A stretch of 32,592 bases of DNA from Candidatus Zhuqueibacterota bacterium (GTDB lineage Bacteria > Zhuqueibacterota > Zhuqueibacteria > Residuimicrobiales > JAFGEC01), in the NCBI GenBank assembly GCA_016931775.1, contig JAFGEC010000157.1, positions 1 through 32,592 on the forward strand. Direction: 5' to 3'. Under the pieces are notes generated by a model that saw nothing but the letters and a program-made list of their open reading frames with translations, had not been told where the DNA came from and did not search any database. Positions 1 to 9,945 of the stretch are shown here, one piece after another (positions within the stretch are counted from its first letter, which is position 1; the number at the start of each line of letters is the position of its first letter). The translations under genes were made by a program, and so were the position numbers.

Positions 1-213
1 AAGGACATGACGGAAATGCAGCCGATAAATCATCGGTGACGACGTCGGTGTGAACAGGGTAGCGGGCATTATTTTTTTCATATAGGCCGAAACCTTATTA
101 GCGTCGTCATACTCTCCGTAAGCCTGGTATATTTTAAAATTAGCGAGCAGAATAGGTTCACCACCTGTTTTATCATAGATACGACCGGATATCTCCCCAC
201 CTGAGGCTTGCAT
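1..213 (-). CDS. Partial CDS: the first 71 codons of a gene that runs off the window start. N-terminus has a carboxypeptidase-regulatory/Cna-B-like beta-sandwich flavour.
   Basis: Minus-strand frame open from ATG (plus 211-213) to position 1: MQASGGEISGRIYDKTGGEPILLANFKIYQAYGEYDDANKV... The GxIxDxxGxPL pattern resembles CarbopepD_reg-like domains. Absent from the ORF track because it is truncated. Confidence 0.3.
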   Translation of the reverse strand, partial: MQASGGEISGRIYDKTGGEPILLANFKIYQAYGEYDDANKVSAYMKKIMPATLFTPTSSPMIYRLHFRHVL

Positions 214-284
214 TAATATGAGAAAAAAGCAAATTAAAAAACAGTTAAAATGCCAGTTCAACGGTTTTTCTCCATTTTCTTTTT

Positions 285-2615
285 TCAAGGCGCGCTGTTA
301 TTCTGCTTTCCCTCAAGGAAATTTTTTTGCCTCTGATATAAATAGGAAACACCTAACAATATCATTCCCAATCCGATAAACAAAATAAAACGAAAAGATG
401 TTTTCAAATATGACAAATCAAAAATAAAAATTTTGGCAATACAGAGTCCCAGTAAAATAAAAGCAACGGTTCGTAAATATGTTATCTTGCGCCATATCCC
501 CAAAAACAGAAGAATAATGGCGTACATAATCCAGACGGCGGACAGAAACAGTTGTTCTAAATTTTTAAGACGCTCCACAGTATTCTGGAAATTGGGAATG
601 TCCGGTGTCTGCTGCAGAAAAAACAATTTTCGGGCAAAAAAATCACGGATTTCCACACTGATAAGAGCAAACAGCAAAAAAATCAGAACATAACGTACGG
701 CTACAAGAACGGAATCGATAAACCAGTATTTCTGCGTGTGCCGGCGCAGATAAAATACATAAAAAAACAATCCGGCTGCAAAAGTCACCAAAGTCAAAGC
801 CCGTATATTAAGCAGGAGTATAAATTTTTCCACCGGGGCAAAGCCCTGCAGTATCTGGGGTAAGGCGATAAAATGTGATATCAGCAAAACGATCAGTCCT
901 GTAGACATCAGAGAGATTTTTTTAAACCGCAGGCCGTAACAGACCGTCGGCAGAGAATAAATAAACCACACCACGGATAAAATTAATAACCGATAATTTT
1001 TGATCACCGGAACGTATTTTTGATCCGCGGTGGACGTGTACCAGGTCATAAAATCATCCGTTTCCACCGTACAAAAAATCAGAAAGAGAATGGCAAAACC
1101 ATACTCGAGAAAAAATCGGTAGAAATTTCCTTCTTTTGACTCTGTTTTAAAGACAACTCGACTGACTCCCAAACAGAACAAAGTAAAAAGAAAGGCAAAA
1201 TCCTGCAGGTTAAATAAAAAGTTATATCCCTCGATATCGAGACGGGAGAAAAAGTGGTCTTTAAAAAGATATTCAATAATAACCAGCTTAAAAAGCAGAA
1301 TGCCGTACAGCAGAAGCGAACAGACCCATACATATTTTAACTTGAATCGGACGGCGAACGACGTTAAAAGCAGAGCTTCAAGGCTCCAAAGCACAACCGT
1401 TGTATAACCTGTATACTGAATGGCTGTCGCCAGGATAAGGAGAACAATGGCCGAAAGATGCTGCTGAAAAATATGTTCTTTTGCAGCGGGTCTGATTTTT
1501 CTTATGCCGAGACTGGTTAAAAAATATATTATTGCGAGAAAGAGAGTCACTCTGCCCGTCCAGCCGGGATGGCATTTTTCCATCAACAGATAAAGGGAAA
1601 TATAAAACAGCGAGACATTCAAATACGACACAAAGTACCGATACACGGGAAAACGGCTGACATCTTTGAGGATAGTCACCAGTTCATTCAAATAAAACAA
1701 CAACCAGATAACCGACACGAAAACAAGTGCGATTAGAAATTTATCCGTCGAAAAATGCGAAAAATACCAATACAGGAAATGGACAAAAACCGAGGAGAGT
1801 ACCAGCGGTTCCAGAGCAAACCAGGTTCTGTTTTTATAGACGATGGCCAGTATACCCACACTGGTAATCAGCAAATAGAGAAAAAGGTTCAGTTCGTTGG
1901 GGATATCTGCTTGCAGAAACAAGGGGGAAACATAACCGCCAAACCATCCCAATAGGGCCACGGCCAATGATTCATACTTGAGGGCGTAATAAAATGCCAT
2001 TGCGGTAATAACGAGCAGCAGAACAAATGCAATGATTTGACTAACCAGTTGATAATAGTTGAATGATGCATAAACGGACAGATAAAGGACGGAAATGCCC
2101 GTTCCGATCACACCCTGGGCAAAAATCCGGGCCTTTTGATAGAGCCGTGTTCCGATTTGTATCAAAAGCAAACCATAAACAGCGACGATAATTACGCGCA
2201 CACTTTCCGAGAACCAGTTATTATCATAAGCGGATTTTAGGAAAAAACCCGCACCGAGAATGAGCGCCACTGCACCGATTCGATTCAGATATTTACCACC
2301 GATAAGGGCCTCCCATTCGGATCGTGACCGCACGGGTTTTGGTGGGGTAGCGACCTGGTATACAGGTCTTGATTTTTCTTTGTGTTCTTCCCGGGATTGA
2401 GATTTATCCTTTTGAACGGTCCGTAGCGGTTTTTCCACATTTACGGGTGCGATATGCGGTGATTCTGAAGCAAAGCGCTGCTTGAAGGTATAAAATTCAC
2501 CGTCAAGATATTTCAATTTCTGCGATAAACGTCGAATTTGAGCGAACAAAACGATAACGGAAACAAGAAGGACAAGAAGCAGAAAAACGGTCATACAACC
2601 TCCCGAGACTTTCAA
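285..2615 (-). CDS. Large polytopic membrane protein, DUF2339-like
   Basis: 776 aa. N-terminal TM helix, a charged linker, then more than 20 predicted TM helices. The motif EWEALIGGKYLNRIGAVALILGAGFFLKSA matches the DUF2339 repeat signature (E..IG..WL.RIG...L.LG..F.LK). The true start may be the internal Met of MTVFLLLV. Confidence 0.65.
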   Translation of the reverse strand: MKVSGGCMTVFLLLVLLVSVIVLFAQIRRLSQKLKYLDGEFYTFKQRFASESPHIAPVNVEKPLRTVQKDKSQSREEHKEKSRPVYQVATPPKPVRSRSEWEALIGGKYLNRIGAVALILGAGFFLKSAYDNNWFSESVRVIIVAVYGLLLIQIGTRLYQKARIFAQGVIGTGISVLYLSVYASFNYYQLVSQIIAFVLLLVITAMAFYYALKYESLAVALLGWFGGYVSPLFLQADIPNELNLFLYLLITSVGILAIVYKNRTWFALEPLVLSSVFVHFLYWYFSHFSTDKFLIALVFVSVIWLLFYLNELVTILKDVSRFPVYRYFVSYLNVSLFYISLYLLMEKCHPGWTGRVTLFLAIIYFLTSLGIRKIRPAAKEHIFQQHLSAIVLLILATAIQYTGYTTVVLWSLEALLLTSFAVRFKLKYVWVCSLLLYGILLFKLVIIEYLFKDHFFSRLDIEGYNFLFNLQDFAFLFTLFCLGVSRVVFKTESKEGNFYRFFLEYGFAILFLIFCTVETDDFMTWYTSTADQKYVPVIKNYRLLILSVVWFIYSLPTVCYGLRFKKISLMSTGLIVLLISHFIALPQILQGFAPVEKFILLLNIRALTLVTFAAGLFFYVFYLRRHTQKYWFIDSVLVAVRYVLIFLLFALISVEIRDFFARKLFFLQQTPDIPNFQNTVERLKNLEQLFLSAVWIMYAIILLFLGIWRKITYLRTVAFILLGLCIAKIFIFDLSYLKTSFRFILFIGLGMILLGVSYLYQRQKNFLEGKQNNSAP

Positions 2616-2668
2616 AATCTGACAGTTAAAAGATAGAAAACGTCACCATAAAAAGCAAAAAATATTCT

Positions 2669-5359
2669 TTATTTTTTTACCGGCAATTTGAATCGAATAA
2701 CCACCTCCCCAGTCTCTTTATTGACCTCTATTTTTTGTTCTTGGGAGGTTAATTTTTTGCCGGTTGACATCTTGTATAGTCCCGCTAAAAAATTCAAACC
2801 CTGATTGAGAACATGCTCCATCTCTTCCACCTCCGGTTTCTGCTGCTCCACCGGGCCTGAGGTAGTTTCAGTTTCTGATTCCAACTGAACAATATTTCCG
2901 GACAGGGACTGCTCGGAAGCCGGTTCAAATTCGGCATCGTCCGGGTGTTCTTCCGATTCGGGGCGGAAGGAATCAATCGGTATAACGTTTTCCTCTTGTT
3001 CTTCACCAGAAATGGGCACAGGTTCTTCAAACTTTTGGATTGCTCCTTTTAGTTGCTCAAGGAATTGCGACCGTCCTTTTGCCGAAAAATCCACGCTTTT
3101 TGTTTCACTGGATGGATTAAGCACGCCGTCAAATAGGTCCTGTTTTAAAGTTAAACCGGCGGCAATTTTTTCTTCAATCGATTTGTTCGTGATCAGGTTA
3201 ATAATTGTCAAGTTGTGTTTTTTTTGTCCGATCCGGTCGATACGTCCAAAACGTTGATTTTTTTTTGCGGGATTCCAGGGAAGCTCGAAATTGATCACCG
3301 TATCCGCTGTTTGTAAATTGAGTCCTGTACCACCGGCTTCCGTGGAAAGGAATATTTTACAATAGGATTTTTGTTCAAAAGCCTCGACCAGCTTCCCTCT
3401 CTTTTTAACCGGCACCTTGCTGTTCAACTCCACAAAACCGATATCATTTTTACGAAGCATACCGGCGATTATATTACTCATACGGATCCACTCGGTAAAA
3501 ATAATAACCTTCCGGTCGGTATTCATGATATCCAGTTTTTCCATTAAAATATGATCAAGTTCGATAAGTTTAGGGGAATGGTGAGTCTCATAGTCGACCA
3601 GGTAAGATGAGTCGCAAACGGCGCGCATTTTTGTCAACAGCAGCATAAGTTTTTGCATATCAAAAGGAGTGATATATTTTTTACTGAGGATATAGGCGAC
3701 TCCTTGCGCGTAAGAGGCATGGTAATCCTCCTGCACAGGATGCATATTTACAGGCACATTCAATTCGGTGACGTGCGGCAACTGTTTCAAAACCGCTGCT
3801 TTTTCCCTTCGTAACAAGATGGGACTCAATCGTTGTTTAAGCTTGTCGAGATCGTAATATCCGGTTATTTTATCCTTTTTAACAGCATCGAATAAACAAT
3901 GTTGATATGAAAATTCCCACAACGGTGATAAAAATTCGGGATCCACAAACCCCATTATCGAATACAAGTCCACCAACCTGTTTTCTATAGGTGTACCGGT
4001 AATGACGAGGGAGTGCTTTTTTTTGAGTGATTTAACGGCATGAGTTGTTTTTGCCAGATAATTTTTGATACGCTGAGCTTCGTCAAGAATGATATACTCC
4101 ATAGGTTTTTTATTGATGGTATTAAAATCCCGCATTACACTTTCATAATTTGTGATATAAAAATAGGCATCGGATGTATGGTAAATTTTTTCCCGTTCGC
4201 TGGGCAGGCCCTGAACCAGCACCGCTTTTTCACCGCAAAAGCGCTGAATTTCTTTTTGCCACTGTTCTTTCAACGATGCCGGACAAACAACCAGACAGCG
4301 TTTAAAATCAAATAAATGTTTTTTAACAAGAGCAGAACCGATAGCCTGAACGGTCTTACCCAGCCCCATGTCATCGGCGATAACTGCACCGTCGCGAAAT
4401 GCTGCAAATTCAATGCCCTTCTTTTGATAAGGCAGTAAGTCAATATTTAAAATGGAAAAATCAATCTTGTAATCCTGAGTCACATCTTTCAGAGTTTTCC
4501 GATCGAAAGCCTTTTCGACTTTTTCCAGTACCTCCGGCCGAATAAGTATTTGTTTGTATTCTTTTGCTTTGTGAATAAATTGTAAAAATTGAATTGTTTT
4601 TTCTTCCGGCAGCCAGTTTTCGTCACCAAAAAATTCACTAAAAAAAGACAACAAATCCGGTTCCATTTTATGGGGATAGTACCAGGTAATACGATAGTCA
4701 TTTAACGGATCCAGATAAACCTCGATAAACGGGTAATTCTTCAGCAGACTGTCAAATAATTTTTTATCGGATTTCAATTTTTGAAAGGCGTACATGATAT
4801 GTTTTGTGGTGCCCAGTTTATTTGTTTGCAAATCCGCGCAATTGATATAGCCGGTTTCGTTTTTAAAATCCCGAAGGGTTATTTTATATCGAACCCCCCT
4901 TTCGTTGGTTAACACGTGCTCACCGTAAATATTGTCGGCAAATTCAATACGGTAATCTGCTTTCAGGGCTTTTTCCCTTCGTTCCGTCAAGACGCGCTTA
5001 ATCATTCCTTCACGGGTATATTTTTTTCCATCTATTTTGGGAACGGCTTGCTGACGGCGTATTTCATCGGAAAGTTGTAAAAGCGCGGCAATGGTAAGAT
5101 GGTTCCAGCCCTGTTCTTTTTGGTTGGTGATGGCATCTACCGAGTTATCCGTAATAGCTAGATGGACATGGAAATCGTCGTACTCGTCACTGACCGTAAA
5201 ATCAAATCCGGATTTAGCTTGAGTCAACATTTGACATTCCCCACTGACAAAAATGGCATGGGCCCGGCGCAGGACCAGGGGGGAGATGTCGTTGGTGTTT
5301 GTAATTTGTTTTAGTGTTTTGTTAACAATATCTTGCATTTTGGACGTACCTTTCATCAA
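2669..5359 (-). CDS. SNF2-family helicase (DEAD-like ATPase plus helicase C) with a degenerate N-terminal SWIM/SNF2-associated region
   Basis: Motif I DDMGLGKTVQAIG, motif II ILDEAQRIKN, motif III ITGTPIENRLVDLYS. The helicase C region reads STEAGGTGLNLQTADTVINFELPWNPAKKNQRFGRIDRIGQKK. The N-terminal 300 aa lack the SWIM cysteines. Confidence 0.85.
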   Translation of the reverse strand: MMKGTSKMQDIVNKTLKQITNTNDISPLVLRRAHAIFVSGECQMLTQAKSGFDFTVSDEYDDFHVHLAITDNSVDAITNQKEQGWNHLTIAALLQLSDEIRRQQAVPKIDGKKYTREGMIKRVLTERREKALKADYRIEFADNIYGEHVLTNERGVRYKITLRDFKNETGYINCADLQTNKLGTTKHIMYAFQKLKSDKKLFDSLLKNYPFIEVYLDPLNDYRITWYYPHKMEPDLLSFFSEFFGDENWLPEEKTIQFLQFIHKAKEYKQILIRPEVLEKVEKAFDRKTLKDVTQDYKIDFSILNIDLLPYQKKGIEFAAFRDGAVIADDMGLGKTVQAIGSALVKKHLFDFKRCLVVCPASLKEQWQKEIQRFCGEKAVLVQGLPSEREKIYHTSDAYFYITNYESVMRDFNTINKKPMEYIILDEAQRIKNYLAKTTHAVKSLKKKHSLVITGTPIENRLVDLYSIMGFVDPEFLSPLWEFSYQHCLFDAVKKDKITGYYDLDKLKQRLSPILLRREKAAVLKQLPHVTELNVPVNMHPVQEDYHASYAQGVAYILSKKYITPFDMQKLMLLLTKMRAVCDSSYLVDYETHHSPKLIELDHILMEKLDIMNTDRKVIIFTEWIRMSNIIAGMLRKNDIGFVELNSKVPVKKRGKLVEAFEQKSYCKIFLSTEAGGTGLNLQTADTVINFELPWNPAKKNQRFGRIDRIGQKKHNLTIINLITNKSIEEKIAAGLTLKQDLFDGVLNPSSETKSVDFSAKGRSQFLEQLKGAIQKFEEPVPISGEEQEENVIPIDSFRPESEEHPDDAEFEPASEQSLSGNIVQLESETETTSGPVEQQKPEVEEMEHVLNQGLNFLAGLYKMSTGKKLTSQEQKIEVNKETGEVVIRFKLPVKK

Positions 5360-5415
5360 TATGCACTTTTGTAGAAAACGATCAAGGGGAAAAATTCAAG
5401 ATAGCGCGAATTAAT

Positions 5416-5799
5416 CTAAAACTCAACACATCTTTTGATCTCATCGATGAGTTCTAATTCGGAAGGCGGCTTGCTGAGTATTTTACAATTCTGAAGCTCT
5501 TTCAGCTGCATTCCGTCGATATAATGCCTGTTTCCGGTCAGAAAAATAATGGGGATATTTTTCAATTCGTATATCTGACGAGCCGCATCTACACCCGTCA
5601 AAGATCCTTTTAACATGACATCCATTAAAATGATATCGGGATTATGGTGAATTGCCAGTTGAACGGCGTCACTCGCAGTAGCCGCAATGGGTAAAACGGT
5701 GAATCCATACTCCTCCAAACGCACTTTAAGCGCGAATGCAATGATGAATTCATCCTCAACGATAAGGAGCTTTATCATTTTTTCTGACCGGGAAGACAA
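5416..5799 (-). CDS. Single-domain response regulator (CheY-like receiver)
   Basis: LLIVEDEFIIAFALKVRLEEYGF...DIILMDVML...IIFLTG...SKP contains the acidic pocket, the phospho-acceptor Asp and the conserved Lys. No output domain. Overlaps the upstream kinase gene by 44 nt; the likely start is the internal Met of MIKLLIVEDE. Confidence 0.85.
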   Translation of the reverse strand: MSSRSEKMIKLLIVEDEFIIAFALKVRLEEYGFTVLPIAATASDAVQLAIHHNPDIILMDVMLKGSLTGVDAARQIYELKNIPIIFLTGNRHYIDGMQLKELQNCKILSKPPSELELIDEIKRCVEF

Positions 5800-8461
5800 T
5801 TTTAAATTCCGTTCCCTCTTTGATTTTGATGGTTAATTTGCCGTCAAGTTGAGCGGTAAGTATATTGATCAGTTGCATACCCAAAGTATCGGCGTTCCAA
5901 TCTTGCGAATCCGTCTGCAACCCTATACCTGAATCCTTCACGACAAGTTCAAACGGGCCGTGTTTCCGAAACGATATGGTGAGTTTACCTGATGATTGTC
6001 CATAAAAAGCATGTTTAAGCGCATTTGTTATCAACTCGTTTAAAATCAAGCCGCAGGGAATAGCCCGATTAATATCGAGATTAAAGTTGTCCAGCTTGAG
6101 AGAATAGTGAATTTTGGCTTCGGGATTATAGATACTGAGCAGATTTTTCACCAGCGTCTTTGTATAGTCGTTCATATCGATTTCAGTATATACGCCCGAT
6201 TGATAGAGTTTTTCGTGCACCATTGCCATTGCAAAAATTCTGTCTTTTGTTTTTTTAAAGGCATTGATGGCCTGTTCTTTATTCCCCAACTGCATTGCTT
6301 GTAAAGTCAGAAGACTGGTAATGACGTTCAAATTATTTTTGACTCGATGATGTACTTCCTGTAAAAGAACTTCTTTTTCTCGCAGACTTTGCCGAATTTG
6401 ATTTTCAGTTCTTATTCGCTCGGTCATATCACGAAGAATGCCTTGAGTTGCCAAGCCATCTTTATAAGGGATATACGAGACCGAGGCTTCTACGATCACG
6501 TCCCGTCCATCGGGTCGCAATATTGTGAATTGATATTGTGGCGGCACACTTTTTCCGTTTTTAATATCCTGCTCCCGTTGTTCGATTATTACGCGATCAG
6601 AGGGTTTGATCAGAGTCATCATATTAAAATCCGGTTGTTGTACATCTTGCAGGGTAATCCCCATCATCTCTTCAAACTTTTGATTGATGATCTCGAACTT
6701 ACGATTATACAATAAATAAATCGCATCATTGGAATTTTCTATCAATGAGCGGTACATTGCCACGCTCTCTTTTAATGCCAGTCTGGCCTGATTCTGTTCG
6801 GTAATATCCCGAACAATTGCCTGCAGATAGAGTTTTCCGTCCAATGTCAACTTGTTTAATGATACTTGTGTATCAAGAGGTTTACCATTTACACTTTGAT
6901 GCTGCCAGTAAAACGGCTGAATATCACCGACCTGTGCCATTTTAATAATTTTTTTCGTTTTCTGTTTTGAATCCATACCATCTGGTTGTATAGCCGGTGA
7001 AAAGTCCCATGGAGATCGTCCGATAATGTCGCGTTTTTCGTTACATCCAAACATATGAACGGTCGCATTATTGCAACCGACATATTTATCCTCGTCAATG
7101 AGAAAAATGGCATCATTTGCTGAGTCAAACAAAGTCCGGTAGCGTAATTCACTGTCTCTTAATGCCTGTTCGGCCCTTTTCTGCTCGGTGATGTCTTTTA
7201 CGTATTCAATGAGATGAACAACCCGACCGTCATTATCCATGATTGGAAAAACGGAAAGATCGATCCATCCGACAGGATTTACTTCGTTCGGATACGGGAC
7301 AATCTCACTTTGGGGTTTACCGGTTTGGATGGTTAATTTTGTCGGACAAAAGGAACAGGGAGACGTACGTTTTTGGTACACGTAGTAGCATTTTTGACCG
7401 ACAATCGGAGCGCGGTGGTCATACATTTTTTCCATCCATCGATTTATTCTAACAATATTAAGGTCAGTATCAAGAACGCTGATGCCGTCCTGTATCGCAT
7501 CAAACACGTTCTGTAGAAACTGTTCGTTGTTCCGGAGTTTTTCTTCCATTGCCAAACGAGAGGCCTCATTGTCGATGGTTTGAAGTGCAAATCCGATATC
7601 TCCCGTCAATTCTTCCAAAAGATTCTGTTCATCCTGGTCAATGACGATTTCCCGAGGTACACAGACCAGCAACAGACCGTATAATTTATCTCGATATTCA
7701 ATGGGAACGGTCATCACACGACACTCCGAATCGATACGAACGAGTGGACAATCGCCGCAATCTTTATGATTCTTGTCGGTAATTGTTACTTTTTTTCTAT
7801 TTAAAGCTTCCCGAACACAATAGGGCAACTGCTTTTTTTGTTGCATCATAGGAGTTGGATCAAGAGTCTCAAGTCCCGAGTGGCCTGTCATCAAAATATC
7901 CTTTTTTCCATCAAAAAGAATAATCCAAGCGAAATTATAACCCCTTGTTTCGGTGAGCAATTGACACGATTCTTGAATGAGACGTTTTTTATCCTTTTCC
8001 CGGGTGATGAGTTGATTGATATTGCGTATTGCCTGAAGAACATGGTATAAATGATTACTTTTTTCTTCCAGTCGTTTTTTATCGCTCACATCCTCACCGG
8101 AACTCAAAGTGCCGATAATCCGACCATTTTCATCCCAAAGCGGCGTATTATGCCAGTGTATCATTTTTTTCCCACCACCTTTGACCAATACCGGATTCTC
8201 ATAAAATTCTACCGGCTGTATTTTGCCCTGCATTATTTTTGAATATACTTCCTTAAACGAACTCCGTAGATCTTCCGGTAAAAAAGTATCAAACCAATTT
8301 TTACCGATGATCGCATTTTCGGGATAACCGAGAATCTCGCATCCTTTTTCATTGACAAGTGAAACAATGCCCCGTTTATCGAGTACGATAAACATTACCC
8401 CGGCTATATCAAGAAACGACTCGACATTAATGTTGATCCGATTATTTTTTGGTGTTTTCAC
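5756..8461 (-). CDS. Cytoplasmic multi-PAS/GAF sensor histidine kinase of HisKA_2 type
   Basis: 901 aa with no TM helices and several PAS-like repeats, each preceded by a coiled linker (EQKRAEQALRDSE..., EQNQARLALKESV...). The H-box is EVHHRVKNNLNVITSLL (HisKA_2/HWE-like), the N-box is NELITNALKHA and the G-box is DSGIGL. Confidence 0.85.
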   Translation of the reverse strand: MKTPKNNRININVESFLDIAGVMFIVLDKRGIVSLVNEKGCEILGYPENAIIGKNWFDTFLPEDLRSSFKEVYSKIMQGKIQPVEFYENPVLVKGGGKKMIHWHNTPLWDENGRIIGTLSSGEDVSDKKRLEEKSNHLYHVLQAIRNINQLITREKDKKRLIQESCQLLTETRGYNFAWIILFDGKKDILMTGHSGLETLDPTPMMQQKKQLPYCVREALNRKKVTITDKNHKDCGDCPLVRIDSECRVMTVPIEYRDKLYGLLLVCVPREIVIDQDEQNLLEELTGDIGFALQTIDNEASRLAMEEKLRNNEQFLQNVFDAIQDGISVLDTDLNIVRINRWMEKMYDHRAPIVGQKCYYVYQKRTSPCSFCPTKLTIQTGKPQSEIVPYPNEVNPVGWIDLSVFPIMDNDGRVVHLIEYVKDITEQKRAEQALRDSELRYRTLFDSANDAIFLIDEDKYVGCNNATVHMFGCNEKRDIIGRSPWDFSPAIQPDGMDSKQKTKKIIKMAQVGDIQPFYWQHQSVNGKPLDTQVSLNKLTLDGKLYLQAIVRDITEQNQARLALKESVAMYRSLIENSNDAIYLLYNRKFEIINQKFEEMMGITLQDVQQPDFNMMTLIKPSDRVIIEQREQDIKNGKSVPPQYQFTILRPDGRDVIVEASVSYIPYKDGLATQGILRDMTERIRTENQIRQSLREKEVLLQEVHHRVKNNLNVITSLLTLQAMQLGNKEQAINAFKKTKDRIFAMAMVHEKLYQSGVYTEIDMNDYTKTLVKNLLSIYNPEAKIHYSLKLDNFNLDINRAIPCGLILNELITNALKHAFYGQSSGKLTISFRKHGPFELVVKDSGIGLQTDSQDWNADTLGMQLINILTAQLDGKLTIKIKEGTEFKIVFPVRKNDKAPYR

Positions 8462-8853
8462 CGGTTACCGCCAAATATTAATAATTTTCATCTGTAATAA
8501 AAGAAATAAGCAATAATGTACTCGACATTATTCCTGGTAACATCATACCCGGACTCAATTCCCTGATCAAGTGGTATATGCATCGATATAGGATGTACCG
8601 CATCCCGTCTCGTCCATATCTAATTAATTATAATGATTTATAGCAAATAATCAAATAATTTTTTCATATTTTCACAATTAATCGCAAAACCGGAACAGTA
8701 TCGATATCAACAATTTCCGATCCAGCCTCTTTCTCCTCACACCAAGCTGAAAGCACGTCGCACGCATTTTGCCAGACTTTTCCAGCAGGGTGCCGCTGTC
8801 CCGGACGCCCGCTTGATTGAAAATGAGCAATATTGCGATCGTTATACTTCATC

Positions 8854-9435
8854 TTATCTGTTGATGGCAAATCTTATGGCATCGGTTTTCCAATCCGGTG
8901 CGTTCCGAATCGCAACCAAAACCTCTTCGGGCTCATTTACAAAAGACCACATTTTGAGATGTTTTTCGATCATAAAATGTTCGATTATACACTTTTTCAG
9001 CATCGTTTTTAACGGTGCATAATAATTGTTGGTATTCAAGATGATGATGGGCTTTGTGAAAAGGCCGAGTCTTTTTAATGATATGGCCTCAAATAGTTCT
9101 TCAAGTGTACCGCTTCCGCCGGGCAATGCCACCAGGCCGTCAACATCTTCCAACAGTTTTGCCTTGCGTTCATGCATCGTTTCGGTAAAGTCAAAATCTG
9201 TAACACCTTTATGTGACCATTCCGCTTCGTCCATAAATTTCGGCATAATACCTTTAATTTTTCCGCTGTTTTTCAAAACCGTATCGGCTAATTTTCCCAT
9301 CAAACCGACCGCTCCGCCACCGAAAACCACCTCGATATTATTTTCTACAAAAATTTCTGCCAGTTTCTCAGTGGCATCAAAATAAATTTTATTTATTTTT
9401 GCACTCGATGAGCAGTAAACGCATATTTTTTTCAT
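8854..9435 (-). CDS. LOG-family protein (cytokinin riboside 5-prime-monophosphate phosphoribohydrolase-like, TIGR00730 type)
   Basis: Diagnostic motifs VVFGGGAVGLMG and ALPGGSGTLEELFE. Length 193 aa. Confidence 0.85.
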   Translation of the reverse strand: MKKICVYCSSSAKINKIYFDATEKLAEIFVENNIEVVFGGGAVGLMGKLADTVLKNSGKIKGIMPKFMDEAEWSHKGVTDFDFTETMHERKAKLLEDVDGLVALPGGSGTLEELFEAISLKRLGLFTKPIIILNTNNYYAPLKTMLKKCIIEHFMIEKHLKMWSFVNEPEEVLVAIRNAPDWKTDAIRFAINR

Positions 9436-9945
9436 ATATTACAACATTCCTTTCCACTAATTGACCGTGTTTTACTTGTCGTAGAAACAGCACAATTGCC
9501 TAATTGTATTATAAATAATAATAATATAATAAAAATCAAAATAATTTATATAAGGAGATAATATTCACCGCAATGAGTGTTGTAAAAATACGAAACATTA
9601 TATATAAAGGAAAAGGAATTTGGGACATGGGGTAAAGGGAAAAATCATTCACCAGGTGAGGCAGGATGACAAAAAAACGATTAATTCACTTTTTTTTGTT
9701 TGAACATTTTTTTCCCGGATCAACAGGCGCCACAATACAACCTTGTGAAACAATCCAAGTTGGCCGATGATCTCTTTCAAATTGACTATAATAATTATTT
9801 CTGCTACAATAAAAAGAACAGGACAACAGAATGGACAAATTCGAATTTTATACTGCTCTTACTGTTTTTACCTTCATTCCGCATAAATTACGACAGGGTA
9901 CATCCTGTTATCCCATCAAATTTTTAAATACTCTTTGTTAAATAA

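Noticed and set aside
433-1955. Plus- and minus-strand ORFs inside the DUF2339 gene (433-693, 1079-1333, 1378-1575, 1755-1955)
   Set aside because: They are embedded in, and antisense to or out of frame with, a long well-supported CDS. Their compositions are low-complexity and not protein-like.
8664-8870. 68-aa ORF downstream of the LOG gene as a small protein
   Set aside because: Overlaps the LOG 3-prime end. No recognisable motif. The GC-rich segment is more likely untranslated or structural.
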